64,000 bases of DNA from Chiloscyllium plagiosum (taxonomy: Eukaryota), in the NCBI RefSeq assembly GCF_004010195.1, contig NC_057720.1:30500927-30564926 (forward strand). Direction: 5' to 3'. This document shows positions 13,406 to 26,090 of this stretch, piece after piece (the stretch's first letter is position 1; the number at the start of each line of letters is the position of its first letter). The translations under genes were made by a program, and so were the position numbers. The notes below the pieces were generated by a model that saw only the letters and a list, made by a program, of their open reading frames with translations, was not told where the DNA came from and searched no databases.

Positions 13406-13475
13406 AACACATATGAATCACAGCCACAGTAATCACAATGATCCAGGAAACTTTGAAGGTGAGTTCATCAAAGTA
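13406..13475 (-). pseudogene. SLC16 paralog pseudogene, 3' remnant of exon 1
   Basis: YFDELTFKVSWIIVITVAVIHMC|gtaagt versus YFDTLAFKVSWITAITVAVFHVC|gtaagt in the intact gene. Homology stops abruptly at a PLE-derived insertion at 13477. Confidence 0.88.
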
Positions 13476-13476
13476 C

Positions 13477-13602
13477 GAGGAGAAAGTGAAGACTGCAGAT
13501 GCTGGAGATCAGAGTCGAGAGAGTGTTGCTGGGAAAGCACAGCAGGTCAGGCTGCATCCGAGGAGCAGCAGAATCAATGTTTCGGGCATAAGCCCTTCAT
13601 CA
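13477..13602 (-). mobile_element. Short PLE terminal-repeat copy interrupting pseudogene exon 1
   Basis: Same gaggagaaagtga...cagatgctggagatca...agcccttcatca sequence as the other copies. Confidence 0.85.
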
Positions 13603-14045
13603 TTCCCTGAATGCAGTTTAATTTATCAGTCCTACCTTGTTCTTTGCATTGTCCATGCCTGCCCTGACTGTTTGACTTGCTTCTGTTCTCAACTGTACCA
13701 GTCTCAGATTGATCTCTTTCCTCACTATCTCCCTGGGTCCCACCCGCCCAACCTTATTAGTTTAAATCCTCCTGAGCAGCTCTAGCAAATCTCCCTGCCA
13801 GTATATTAGTCCCCTTCCAATTTAGGTACAATCCATTCTTCTTGTCAGGTCATTTCTACTCCTGATAAGGCATACAATAGTCAATCTCAACCTGGAGGCA
13901 ACTCGTACTGAGATTCTTCGCGTTGTTAAACATTTGACAATTCAGCAGCATTATCAATACAAAGCAAATAAGTTAATATTTACTTCTGAAAATTACTTTT
14001 CACAGGATCACAAAAAATGTTCGGGAATCAACTGTCCATGATACA

Positions 14046-15845
14046 GGTAAAAACAATGACTGCGGATGCTGGAAACCAGATTCTGGATTCGTGGTGCTGG
14101 AAGTGCACAGCAGTTCAGGCAGCATCCAAGGAGCTTCGAAATTGACGTTTCGGGCAAAAGCCCTTCATCAGGAATAAAGGCAGTGAGCCTGNNNNNNNNN
14201 NNNNNNNNNNNNNNNNNNNNNNNNNNNNNNNNNNNNNNNNNNNNNNNNNNNNNNNNNNNNNNNNNNNNNNNNNNNNNNNNNNNNNNNNNNNNNNNNNNNN
14301 NNNNNNNNNNNNNNNNNNNNNNNNNNNNNNNNNNNNNNNNNNNNNNNNNNNNNNNNNNNNNNNNNNNNNNNNNNNNNNNNNNNNNNNNNNNNNNNNNNNN
14401 NNNNNNNNNNNNNNNNNNNNNNNNNNNNNNNNNNNNNNNNNNNNNNNNNNNNNNNNNNNNNNNNNNNNNNNNNNNNNNNNNNNNNNNNNNNNNNNNNNNN
14501 NNNNNNNNNNNNNNNNNNNNNNNNNNNNNNNNNNNNNNNNNNNNNNNNNNNNNNNNNNNNNNNNNNNNNNNNNNNNNNNNNNNNNNNNNNNNNNNNNNNN
14601 NNNNNNNNNNNNNNNNNNNNNNNNNNNNNNNNNNNNNNNNNNNNNNNNNNNNNNNNNNNNNNNNNNNNNNNNNNNNNNNNNNNNNNNNNNNNNNNNNNNN
14701 NNNNNNNNNNNNNNNNNNNNNNNNNNNNNNNNNNNNNNNNNNNNNNNNNNNNNNNNNNNNNNNNNNNNNNNNNNNNNNNNNNNNNNNNNNNNNNNNNNNN
14801 NNNNNNNNNNNNNNNNNNNNNNNNNNNNNNNNNNNNNNNNNNNNNNNNNNNNNNNNNNNNNNNNNNNNNNNNNNNNNNNNNNNNNNNNNNNNNNNNNNNN
14901 NNNNNNNNNNNNNNNNNNNNNNNNNNNNNNNNNNNNNNNNNNNNNNNNNNNNNNNNNNNNNNNNNNNNNNNNNNNNNNNNNNNNNNNNNNNNNNNNNNNN
15001 NNNNNNNNNNNNNNNNNNNNNNNNNNNNNNNNNNNNNNNNNNNNNNNNNNNNNNNNNNNNNNNNNNNNNNNNNNNNNNNNNNNNNNNNNNNNNNNNNNNN
15101 NNNNNNNNNNNNNNNNNNNNNNNNNNNNNNNNNNNNNNNNNGCGGGAGCACGGGGTGGCGCCAATGCAGTCATCAATGTAGCGTAGGAAGAGGTGGGGAG
15201 TGGTGCCGGTGTAATTACGGAAGATCAACTGCTCTACGTAGCCAACCAAGAGACAGGCATAGCTGGGGCCCATATGTGTGCCCATGGCTACCCCTTTGGT
15301 CTGGAGGAAGTGGGAGGATTCAAAGGAGAGATTGTTAAGGGTGAGGACCAGTTCGGCCAAACGAATGAGAGTGTCGGTGGAAGGGTACTGTTGGGGACGT
15401 CTGGAGAGGAAAAGACGGAGGGTTTGGAGGCCCTGGTCATGGCGAATGGAGGTGTAGAGGGATTGGATATCCATGGTGAAGATGAGGTGTTGGGGGCCGG
15501 GGAAATGGAAGTCTTGGAGGAGGTGGAGGGCGTGGGTGGTGTCTCGAACGTATGTGGGGAGTTCCTGGAATGGAGGGGATAGGATAGTGTTGAGGTAGGT
15601 AGAGATGAGTTCGGTGGGGCAGGAGCATGCTGAGACAATGGGTCGGCCAGATTGGTCAGGCTTGTGGATCTTGGGAAGGAGGTAGAACCGGCAGTGCGGG
15701 GTGCCCGGACTATGAGGTTGGAAGCTGTGGGTGGGAGATCTCCTGAGGTGATGAGGTTCTGTATGGTCTGGGAGATGATGGTTTGGTGATGGGGGGTGGG
15801 GTCATGGTCGAGGGGGCAGTAGGGCTTGGGAAGGAGGTAGAACTG
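14046..15845 (-). mobile_element. Penelope-like retroelement: RT fragment, gap, then 3' terminal repeat with hammerhead motif
   Basis: MDIQSLYTSI...QTKGVAMGTHMGPSYACL...FLRYIDD (PLE-type RT). The terminal-repeat sequence at 14046-14191 matches the short repeats elsewhere in the window. Continuity across the gap is assumed. Confidence 0.85.
14142..14175 (-). ncRNA. Hammerhead motif in the 3' repeat of the RT-bearing PLE
   Basis: attc-CTGATGA-A-GGGC-tttt-GCCC-GAAA-CGTC-aat, on the same strand as the RT; stem I imperfect. Confidence 0.68.
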
Positions 15846-16417
15846 GGCAAATGATGTCCATGAAAAATCCTACTAAGGCCTCTCTGGTGTAGTGATTGTT
15901 ACTCTACTTCTAGACTAGAAGGTCTGGGTTCAAGTCCAAACAGCTCCATAAGTGTCCATTACATATGTGCATAATTTGATTAAAAATATCTGCATCTGAC
16001 TGGCTTGTACTCATTGACATAACTGTCCATGCTGCAACCTCAATTAACATGAGAGTAAACTCCAAAAATCAAATGACCGTGAACTCCTATCCATTCCTTA
16101 ATACACATTCAAACAACCGGCTATTATGATTGAGTTATTCATAAATTCATTCTGTGAAAAATGCAACAAAATTGAATAAGAGCAGAGACTGATGTTGCTG
16201 ATAAATGCTTAAAGCATTTGAAGAACATTGTTCATTCCTTATTTTATTGAAGGCATTATCTCAGTTTCCTTAGTGAGCAAAAGTTTGTCTTGGAAATGCA
16301 TTGATCATTTGTTTCTTTTATTATCTGCAACAGTAATCTTAACTTATAAACTTCTATAAAATAATGCAATGACCAGATAAATCAACCACCAGAGCAACTA
16401 ATAAAACATATTTTTAT

Positions 16418-17744
16418 TTGGTGAAAATAGATAAGTCCCCCGGGCCTGATGGCATTTATCCTAGGATTCTCTGGGAAGCAAGGGAGGAGATTGCAGAGCC
16501 ATTGGTCTTGATTTTTATGTCCTCTTTGTCTACAGGAGTAGTGCCAGAAGATTGGAGGATAGCAAATGTGGTTCCCTTGTTCAAAAAGGGGAGTAGGGAT
16601 AACCCTAGTAACTATAGGCCGGTGAGTCTCACTTCTGTTGTGGGCAAAGTCTTAGAGAGAATTGTAAGGGATAGGATTTATGCACATCTGGATAGGAATA
16701 ATGTGATCAAGGATAGTCAGCATGGTTTTGTGAAGGGCAAGTCGTGCCTCACAAACCTTATTGAATTCTTTGAAAAGGTGACGAAGGAGGTTGATGAGGG
16801 GAAAGCGGTAGATGTGGTATATATGGATTTTAGTAAGGCGTTTGATAAGGTTCCCCATGGTAGGCCACTGCAGAAAATACGGAGATATGGCATTGAGGAT
16901 GAGTTGGAGGTTTGGATTAGGAATTGGCTGGATGGAAGAAGACAGAGGGTAGTAGTTGATGGCAAAGTTTCTTCATGGAGTGCCGTCACTAGCGGTGTTC
17001 CGCAAGGATCTGTTTTGGGACCATTGCTGTTTGTCATTTTTATAAATGACCTGGAAGAGGGGTTAGAAGGTTGGGTAAGCAAGTTTGCGGATGANNNNNN
17101 NNNNNNNNNNNNNNNNNNNNNNNNNNNNNNNNNNNNNNNNNNNNNNNNNNNNNNNNNNNNNNNNNNNNNNNNNNNNNNNNNNNNNNNNNNNNNNNNNNNN
17201 NNNNNNNNNNNNNNNNNNNNNNNNNNNNNNNNNNNNNNNNNNNNNNNNNNNNNNNNNNNNNNNNNNNNNNNNNNNNNNNNNNNNNNNNNNNNNNNNNNNN
17301 NNNNNNNNNNNNNNNNNNNNNNNNNNNNNNNNNNNNNNNNNNNNNNNNNNNNNNNNNNNNNNNNNNNNNNNNNNNNNNNNNNNNNNNNNNNNNNNNNNNN
17401 NNNNNNNNNNNNNNNNNNNNNNNNNNNNNNNNNNNNNNNNNNNNNNNCTTTTTCCACATATGGAGTCAGCTATTACGAGGGGGCATAGCTTTAAATTAAG
17501 GGGGGGTAGATATAGGACTGAAGTTAGGGGTAGGTTCTTCACTCAGCGAGTCGTAAGTTCATGGAATGCCCTGCCAGTAGCAGTGGTGGACTCTCCCTCT
17601 TTATGGGCATTTAAGCAGGCATTGGATAGGTATATGGAGGATAGTGGGTTAGTATAGGTTAGGTGGGCTTGGATCGGCGCAACATCGAGGGCCAAAGGGC
17701 CTGTACTGCGCTGTATTCTTCTATGTTCTATGTTCTATGTTCTA
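16418..17744 (+). mobile_element. Young CR1 LINE RT fragment with (TTCTATG)n tail (gap 17095-17447)
   Basis: Uninterrupted KSPGPDG...NYRPVSLTS...[11 protein letters not shown]...[10 protein letters not shown]...SKFAD. Confidence 0.93.
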
Positions 17745-19914
17745 TTTGCATTGAGTTGTTAATAAATAAAATTACCATTTATTTCTCTGTTGCCTCCTGT
17801 GAGATCAACTGTTTAGATGAAGAGCTGAAGATAACACCAGGAAGTAGGATTGAGAGATGGAGACATTCCTCTCAGGTCAAACTTTAGAAATAGTTGTTTT
17901 GCAAGTGTAAAAATGTATGAATCATCTCAGCATTACCTTTACTAAGTCACGCCCTCAGAATCACGACCAACATCTTTGCCAAACATATGCAGTGTTAAGT
18001 CCAAAGTGCACTTTAATTCAAATAGTCATAATATTATGCATTGTGTTAGTCACTCAATTTAAAGACTTTAATAAACATTGTGAAGTCCTCCTTTATCAAA
18101 TTGCGTGTCAGGCTGTAAGCAAAATGCCTACTTTGAAAAGGCCAACAATGATTCTGATTTTTATAAAGTCTTTTGCTAACACATAGTGTCAGGCTTCAAG
18201 TGACCTTGGGTGTACAATCTGAGGTTCTCATACTTTCAGATCACATGCAATGATACAGTGATGATTTCATGAACATACCTCTTAAAGGTACACTGACCTG
18301 GGAACATCCAAAGATGAAAATGCAGCAATGCTTATGTTGGCTCTTATAACACAAGAAATTTGATGTGGACAGCATGGTATTGAACAATACAATAAATATT
18401 TATTACAGTTAGTTATTATGCACAAAAATTACATTCACAATCACAAAAGTGGATGGGCTAATATTAAGCTATTAGATTACAACTGAGCAGCGTGCTTTTA
18501 ACACTGTGGCATGCTTCAAGATATCCTGGGATAATATGGAGTATGATATATTTATGCCCTCAGGTCACATGCTATGATGCTGTGAGGTTATCATGGGCAT
18601 GTCTCTTAAAGATATACTTACATACTGATCATGGAATATAATTCACATCACTTTTTCTAAAGACTTTAAAAAACTTATCCCATGGTTGTACATATGTGCA
18701 TATTGTCAATTCAACAATTATACATTCGGGTAAAATAGAATTTTAAAAATCAGCATTTCAGACTTCAATATGATGCTCTGAATGTTTGAAAACTTAGCCT
18801 GATCATCTACTTGTATGGATAGATATATGTTATTGGGTGTTGCATTTGTTTGAAATTTTGGTTCTTTTGCTGCTGTCATTCAATATCACCGCACAATCAA
18901 AGTATTCTTCATTATTCTCTTTGTACATGACTGGTGTGCCATACATTGGTCTCATCTGGCTTCTGCTTCTTTGCAACGTAGCTCCGTGATTAGCAATGAC
19001 TCTGTATGATCAGGGCTGGCTGCTTATTTTAGATATCTTTATTTATATTCAAGTATTTGCACCTGGATTTCAAACTTTCACTCTGTCAAGTGCACAGTTT
19101 TGACAGTTCTCTACCTGATCATCATATCTGTGTTTGAAGAAGAATATTCTGTATCTCAGAATGGTTAAAGAATTGGTTACTGAGCAAGATTTTTCAAATG
19201 TTCCTTCTGAGTGTAAGAGTGTAAAAGGCAATGATAATTCAATTTCTATTTCCATTTCAGGAAAATTCAACCATGCAGTGAGGTATACAAGACTTTGACG
19301 ACAGAACCTATTTGAATCAACGACATATTTGTGGCTGCTTTGCTACACATAGGAAACATCCTTCTTGAGAACGTTTCTCAATGGAGAGACCTTATTCATG
19401 AAGTTTTCAATATATGACCAAAGGAGACTGAAAAATTTGAGACCATGCCACAAATCCTCTTATCTTGTGGGGTTGACATTTTTAAAACGTCCTCAAACTT
19501 ACGTGGATGGGACAGAATATATGGATACAAAGTGGTTCATCTGACTGACATTGACCTGGCACATCATACTGTCAAATATGAATCCTTGTCATTGTATTTT
19601 TATCATCAGAGGGTGAAGGTTCTAGTCATATAATACTTCTGTCCTCCCCATTTCTGTGACATTATCAGCAATGCAAATACAATTAGGTACAACAATTCTC
19701 AACAATTGTATGCATTTGCTGCTGGGATAGATTCTTGTTCACAAAGAGTCCAAATAGCAACCATTGGAAACAGTACCATCCTAAATGGTGTCCTAGATGG
19801 TGTCCTAAATGTTGTAGACTGTTGGGGATTCTTCTGTTAAATACTTAGGTCAGTAACTGTGCTTCACATCTAACTTTGAAAAAAGTCTTGTTCCAGAAAA
19901 TTATGAATTAATTA

Positions 19915-20537
19915 TAGAGGTTTATAAAATTATGAGGGACATGGATAGGGTAAATAGGCAAAGTCTTTTCGCTGGGGTTGGGGAGTCCAGAACTAGAGGG
20001 CATAGGTTTAGGGTTAGAGGGGAAAGATATAAAAGAGACCTCAGAGGCAACTTTTTCACACAGAAGGTGGTATGGGTATGGAATGAGCTGCCAGAGGAAG
20101 TGGGTAAAAACAAGTACTGCAGATGCTGGAAACCAGACTCTAATTTAGAGTGGTACTGGAAAAGCACAGCAGGTCAGGCAGCATCCAAGGAGCAGAAAAA
20201 TCGATGTTTTGGGCAAAAGCCCTTCATCAGGAATAGAGCTATTCCTAATGAAGGGCTTTTGCCCGAAACATCAATTTTCCTGCTCCTCGGATGCTGCCTG
20301 ACCTGCTGTGCTTTTCCAGCACCAATCTAATCTAGACTGCCAGAGGAAGTGGTGGAGATTGGTACAATTGTAACATTTAAGAGGCATTTGGATGGGTATA
20401 TGAATAGGAAGGATTTGGAGGGATGTGGGCTGGGTGCTGGCAGGTGGGACTAGATCAGGTCGGGATATCTGGTCGGCATGGACAGGTTGGACCGAAGGGT
20501 CTGTTTCCATGCTGTACATCTCTATGGCTCTATGACT
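19915..20537 (+). mobile_element. CR1/HER1 3' fragment
   Basis: RTRGHRF...LRGNFFTQ.VV..WNELP motif and tail. Confidence 0.88.
20104..20336 (-). mobile_element. Short PLE-derived fold-back insertion in a CR1 3' fragment
   Basis: Head-to-head terminal repeats; 16-bp TSD ctgccagaggaagtgg (20088-20103, 20337-20352). Confidence 0.88.
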
Positions 20538-21547
20538 TTAAGTGTCAGATTATTTTGTAGTTAAGATTACTTGGTGCCTTTTTTTGAAAAAGACGAAGGA
20601 CATACATCAATCTCTCTGGTGGTCAACCTACAGAATTTCCCCTAATTACCTGTATTTCATCTAATCTTAGCTGGTTCTGATCAAAGCTTCTCCTCCATAC
20701 TAACTCTTCAAAGAGCAGTGCTAAGTATTATGTCCCTGTATCCTAAGAAAAAAATCCATTAAATTACTAATGGCCAAATCTATCTGTCTATGGGCATTTG
20801 AGATCTTGACTGATTCTATTTTGTCACGAGTGGCCTGTTCCACCAGAGTGGATATATTTTGAATCTCATGAATGCAACTACAACCAAGGTCTGTGCACAC
20901 TAGAGGTCCTGACACTGCTAAACCATCAACACCTAACAAGTAGAGGATTTTGAGTCACCAAGATGAGTTGCAGTGGGATTCTGTCAATGCATGGCCTTGA
21001 TGATCTATTATATGCTATGATACACTCTTTCATAGTCTATACCATGGACTAAGGTACATGTCTTTCAGGTTAGAAGGAGGTAGCATGTTGCCACTAGTTC
21101 CTGTGTCAATTTTAGAATAAATGTGTATCATTCCTCCTTTTCAAGGCATATTAATGATTGTAGAAGCTTTTTATTGCTTTACACCAATGACATTATGTAA
21201 AGTTGGCAATATTCAAAAGATGGTTTATCATCTGAAAATTTCCTTTTGCTTGCTTCGCTCTGAATCTCATTGATATGTGCACCTCTTTAATACTTTCCTT
21301 GCTTCCAGTGTTGTTGTGCCACATCAGCCTGTTGGCCATCTGTATTTGGTTCTGGGGTTCTTGGCCTTTGGAATCAGATTTTCTGAAAATGCATTACATT
21401 TTGTGAAACCCCTCTTTGCCAATGTCAAGCAAGATTTTTAAAGTTCATTCCCCATTCTGTAAACTAGAACTGCAAGCGATGTTTGAACAGTATATTTCAA
21501 TGAAGGTGCCAAATAATGCAGCCAATCCATAATTGACTTGCATATCT

Positions 21548-21829
21548 CGTAGAATCCCTACAGTATGGAAGTAGGCCATTTGGCCTAATAGGTCCACACA
21601 CTCCAAGGGCATCCCTCCCAGACACCCCTCCTATCCTATCCCTGTAACCCTACATTTCCAATGGCTAATCCACCTACCCTGCACAGGAACGTGGGAGGAA
21701 ACTGGCCCATCCAGAGGAAACCCATGCAAACACTGGGAGAATGTGCAAACTCTACACAGACAAGTTGCACAAGGCTGGAATTAAACATTGTGTACCTTGC
21801 CCTGTGAGGCAGCAACTTGCCACCCTGTG
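21548..21829 (-). mobile_element. HE1 SINE, diverged
   Basis: Similarity to the other HE1 copies. Confidence 0.78.
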
Positions 21830-23290
21830 TTTGTTTACTTCTTTTACTAGTTTTGTTTTTACATGTGTTCCTTTTTCTGCCTTTGTTTCCAATGTCTTTT
21901 TCTCTGTTGTTCCTTTGCAGATAGCACTTGTAGGTCCTATCCACAGCCAAAAAGGAATGCTGTTGTCATGTGGGCATTTATAAATTTTGGGCTAATTTGA
22001 ACAAATAACGCAGCAGAACCAACTGAAGTCTGGACACAGATAAGGCATTTTACATGTAGGAGACATTTTTCTAAGTGCCTTTAAACTTTCAGCTCTGTTT
22101 TTGGAACCAATTGACATTTCTTTAAAATGAAATCAGCCGTCTTTTTTTCAGAAAAAGAGAAAGCTGTAGAGGTTTCACTGTGCTTAAATTTGGGCTTATA
22201 GACTTTAACTTTGCTGGTATTTGTAACTCCAACCATTTTTTTCTAAATTAAGGCAATCATACTTAGTCTACAAGAACTTCTATTCTTATCAAAAGGAATT
22301 AGCTCTATCTTCTTGCTCATTAATCCCTATGACCTGGGCAATGCACAAAGGATGGTCCATTGGCTCACTTGGCTGGTCTGCAACACAGTGATACCAACAT
22401 TGTGGGTTCAACTCCCACATAACTGAGGTTACCATGAAGTGCTCAACCTTCACCTGAGACATTTACCACAGCTGTCTGTATAGGTACTCCCCAGAATGGA
22501 TATGGCTGATTGTTTAGTTGGCATTGAATTAGTTTTTCTTTTCAAATATCTGCCCCAAGCTATTAGAGATTTTTTATATACAGATGGCCCCTGCTGCTAA
22601 AATGGTGGGAGTTTGGCCACCGGCAGGACACTTTACCTGAATGCAGCTATAATTACATTAGCTTCTGCAATATATAAAAAAAGGGCATAGATATTCTGAC
22701 ATTAACAGTTTATTTTAAAAGTACAAAAATTCCATTCTCAGAGCAAGATGAACTATGAGACCTTTATACTCAGGTCACAAGGTACAAGAAAAAAATGATT
22801 TGACTTTTAAAGACACACTCACCATGGAAGACAATACAACATTCTCACTTTTAAAGTCTCAGCAGGTCTGTTCCTGTGCCATGCCCTCGAACAGGACTTG
22901 CCATCGGGGAAATAAATGTATGGGCTCATCATGTGATTATGGTAGCCTTTTCTACAAACAAATGTGGTTAGCTGGTGGCCATGTCCTGATGGCGTCATAT
23001 GCAGAGTCAATGATGCCCTCCTTGCATTCAAGGGAAACTAATTATTGCTGCAATGTACTGAACTAACCTGTGTTGACTATTGAGGTCAATGGGAAGATGA
23101 TGCAAGGTAGTATTTGATACCTATTTAATGCAACTGCGTGTTGCAGACTGGACAATGCATTTGGTGTTTGCTGTAGCAAACTGAAAACAAAAGATCTGAC
23201 AATATAATGCAGATGCTGGAAAGCTGAAATGAAAACAAAGTGCTGGAGAAACTCAACACATCTTGACAACATTTGTAGGGACAGAAACAG

Positions 23291-23330
23291 AGTTAACCTT
23301 TCGAGTCCAGGATGACTCTTCTTCAGAACT
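23291..23330 (-). ncRNA. Minimal type I hammerhead ribozyme motif (family 3, stem III mutated)
   Basis: agtt-CTGAAGA-A-GAGTC-atcctg-GACTC-GAAA-GGTT-aact: 5-bp stem II and 4-bp stem I, within an old PLE-derived repeat (about 23200-23330). Confidence 0.62.
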
Positions 23331-23359
23331 CAGGTTTCTGGTTTTATCCACGAAGTTAA

Positions 23360-24975
23360 AACAAACCAAGGTAGGAATTCTACAATTAATGGTAAGGTCC
23401 TGGGGAGTGTTGCTGAATACAGAGACCTTGGAGTGCAGCTTCATAGTTCCTTGCAAGTGGAGTTGCAGGTAGGTAGGATAGTGAAGGCATTTGGTATGCT
23501 TGCCTTTATTGGTCAGAGTATTGAGTACAGGAGTTGGGAGGCCATGTTGTGGGTGTACAGGACATTGTGGTTGGGCCACTTTCGGAATATTACGTGCATT
23601 TCTGGTCTCCCTCCTATCAGAAGGATATTGTGAAACTTGAAAGGGTTCAGAAACGATTTACGAGGATGTTGTCAAGGTTGGAAGGTTTGAGCTATAGGGA
23701 GAGGCTGAATAGGCTGGGGCTGTTTTCCCTGGATCATCAGAGGCCGAGGGGTGACCTTATAGAGGTTTATAAAATCATGAGGGACAAGGATAGGGTAAAT
23801 AGTCTTTTTCCTGGGGTGGGGCAGTCCAGAACCAGCAGGTATAGGTTTAGGGTGAGAGAGGAAAGATTTTTAAAAGGAACCTAAGAGGCAACATTTTCAT
23901 GTAGAAGGTGGTGCCTGTATGGAATGAGCTGCCAGGTAAGTGGTGGAGGTTAGTACGATTGCAATATTTAAAAGGCACCTGGATGGGCATATGAATAAGA
24001 AGGGTTTAAGAGGGATATGGGCCAAGTATTGGCAAATAGAACTAGATTAATTTAGGATATCTGATTGGCATGGACGAGTTAGAACGAAAGGTCTGTTTCT
24101 GTGCTGTACATCTCCATGACTTGGTTTGTATGCACTAATTGCTGGATTTTGTTTTCCTGTAAAATGTAACCCTCCCATCCCTATCTCAACCAAAGAAAAA
24201 CAAAACAAACAAATAAAATGTACAGCCCAGGAACAGGCCCTTCGGCCTTCCAAGCCCGAGCTGATCCAAATCCACTGTCTAAACCTGTTGCCCAACTACT
24301 AAGGATCTGTATCCCTCTTCTCCCCACCTACTCATGCATCTGTCCAGACACATCTTAAATGAATCTACCGTGCCTGCCTCTACCACCTCTTCTGGCAATG
24401 CGTTCCAAACGCCCACCACTCTCTGTGTGAAGTACTTGCCACATGTATCCCCCTTAAACTTTCCACCTCTCACCCTGAAAGCGTGATCTCTCATTATTCA
24501 ATCCTTCACCCTGGGAAAAAGCTTGTCTCTATCCACCCTGTCTATACCCTTCATGATTTTGTAAACCTCAATCAGGTCCCCTCTCAATCTCTTTTTCTAA
24601 TGAAAACAAACCTAACCTACTCAACCTCTCTTCATAGCTAGCACCTTCTATATCAGGCAACATCCTCTTAAACCTTCTCTGCACCCTCTCCAAAGTATCC
24701 ACATCCTTTTGGTAATGTGGCGACCAGAACTGTACACAGTATTCTAAATGTGGCCGAACCAATGTCTTGTACAATTTTAACATGAATTGCCAGCTCACTA
24801 CAACCCTTATCAGATATAGAGTCAGAGTCATCCAGCCTGGGCAAACTCGTCCATGTCGAACATGTTCCCAAACAAAATTAGTCCCACGTGCCTGAGTCTG
24901 GTCCATAGCCCTCCAAACTTTCCCTATTCATGTTGTTATCCAAATGTCTGTTAAACATAGTTATACATGGATCGA

Positions 24976-25022
<47 letters not shown>

Positions 25023-25550
25023 AAAATAATATATTTTGTGTCCTTTTCAAATTTTTCTTCTCTCACCTTAAAAAAGACCCCCCGGATTTGAACTCACCCA
25101 CCTCAGGGAACTGATCCTTGCTATTCAGCTCATCTATGCCCAGGCTTCCCCTTACATCCTTTCTTAAATAAAGGCACAACAGTAGCCCCCCTCCAGTTCT
25201 CCAGCACCTCACCCGTGGTTATAGATGATACAAATATCTCTGCTAGGGGTCCTGGAATTTCTTCCCTATCTTCCCACAATGTCCTTTGATTCACTTGATC
25301 AAGTCCCAGAGTTTTATCAACCGTTTTGTTTTCTAAGACCTCCAGCACTACTTCTTTTGTCATGTGAACCGTTTTCAAAACATCGATATTTATTTCCCCA
25401 AGTTCTAGTCTCCATTTCTTTCTCCACAGTAAAAACTGATGCAAACTATTCATTTAGTATCTCTCCCAACTCTTGAGATTCAACACATAAACAACCTTGT
25501 TGATCTTTAAGGGGCCCTATTCTCTCTCTTTTGCTCTTAATATACTTGTA
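23360..25550. mobile_element. Cluster of CR1 fragments (23360-24120 on +; 24190-24800 and 24815-25550 on -)
   Basis: LVRPHLEYCVQFWSP, RLGLFSL and VVPLFKKG motifs; includes a (TG)n tract at about 24978-25015. Confidence 0.85.
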
Positions 25551-26090
25551 TAATTTACCTTTCAACGAGTGCTGCTGGTGCTAGTTGCAGAGGCTACTGC
25601 AGCTACTGAGAGTTTGCAATTATTAGGATATGAAGGTTTGACAGTGATAAACTAACAAAAGGTACTTAAGAAATGATGTGGGAATTGGAAACACCTGACA
25701 AACTAGACCACGAGAAGAGCCTCTGTGGTAAAAACGTAGCTGCATCGTATTCAGGCCTACTCAAATGTTTTCAAAAAGCATTTAAAAAACTCACTCCAAA
25801 TCTTTTTAAAATAAATTATATTTTGCTTTAATCGTGAATTTAGTGAAAATATAATGCCTGACTTCTTCAACTGGCCTGCTTGGCACTCACTGAAGAACAG
25901 TGACACACTGCAGTGATCTGAACGTTTGATATTGGTCACAGTGCACTAAACTTGCATCCTTAAGTGTGCTAATACAAAGAATGTTTCACACAGTCACCAT
26001 GCCTGCAAGATCCACGAATGAAGGGATTCATCCGAAGGGAAACTCTAAACACTGCAAAAGTTTATTTTCAGATACTTCATTCACCGGATC

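Larger units (their letters stand above)
18700..22350 (-). mobile_element. Highly decayed Gypsy/Ty3 LTR retrotransposon internal region (gag-pol), interrupted by CR1, PLE and HE1 insertions
   Basis: Minus strand: protease-like KIDTGTSGNML at about 21085-21115; RT-like TPF..YCF..L.FGL.V.Q and IADNV at about 19655-19795. The order fits Gypsy; boundaries are approximate. Confidence 0.68.

Noticed and set aside
1317..17657. Long ORFs (about 140-490 aa) at 1317-2727, 14008-15474 and 16418-17657
   Set aside because: Lengths are inflated by N gaps; the real parts are CR1 or PLE fragments.
20200..20275. Further hammerhead-like copies (20200-20275, 38475-38506, 49392-49425, 50605-50640, 51836-51867, 53690-53722)
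   Set aside because: Core nucleotides are mutated (for example CTAATGA, AAAA for GAAA, TTGATGA); counted as decayed copies only.
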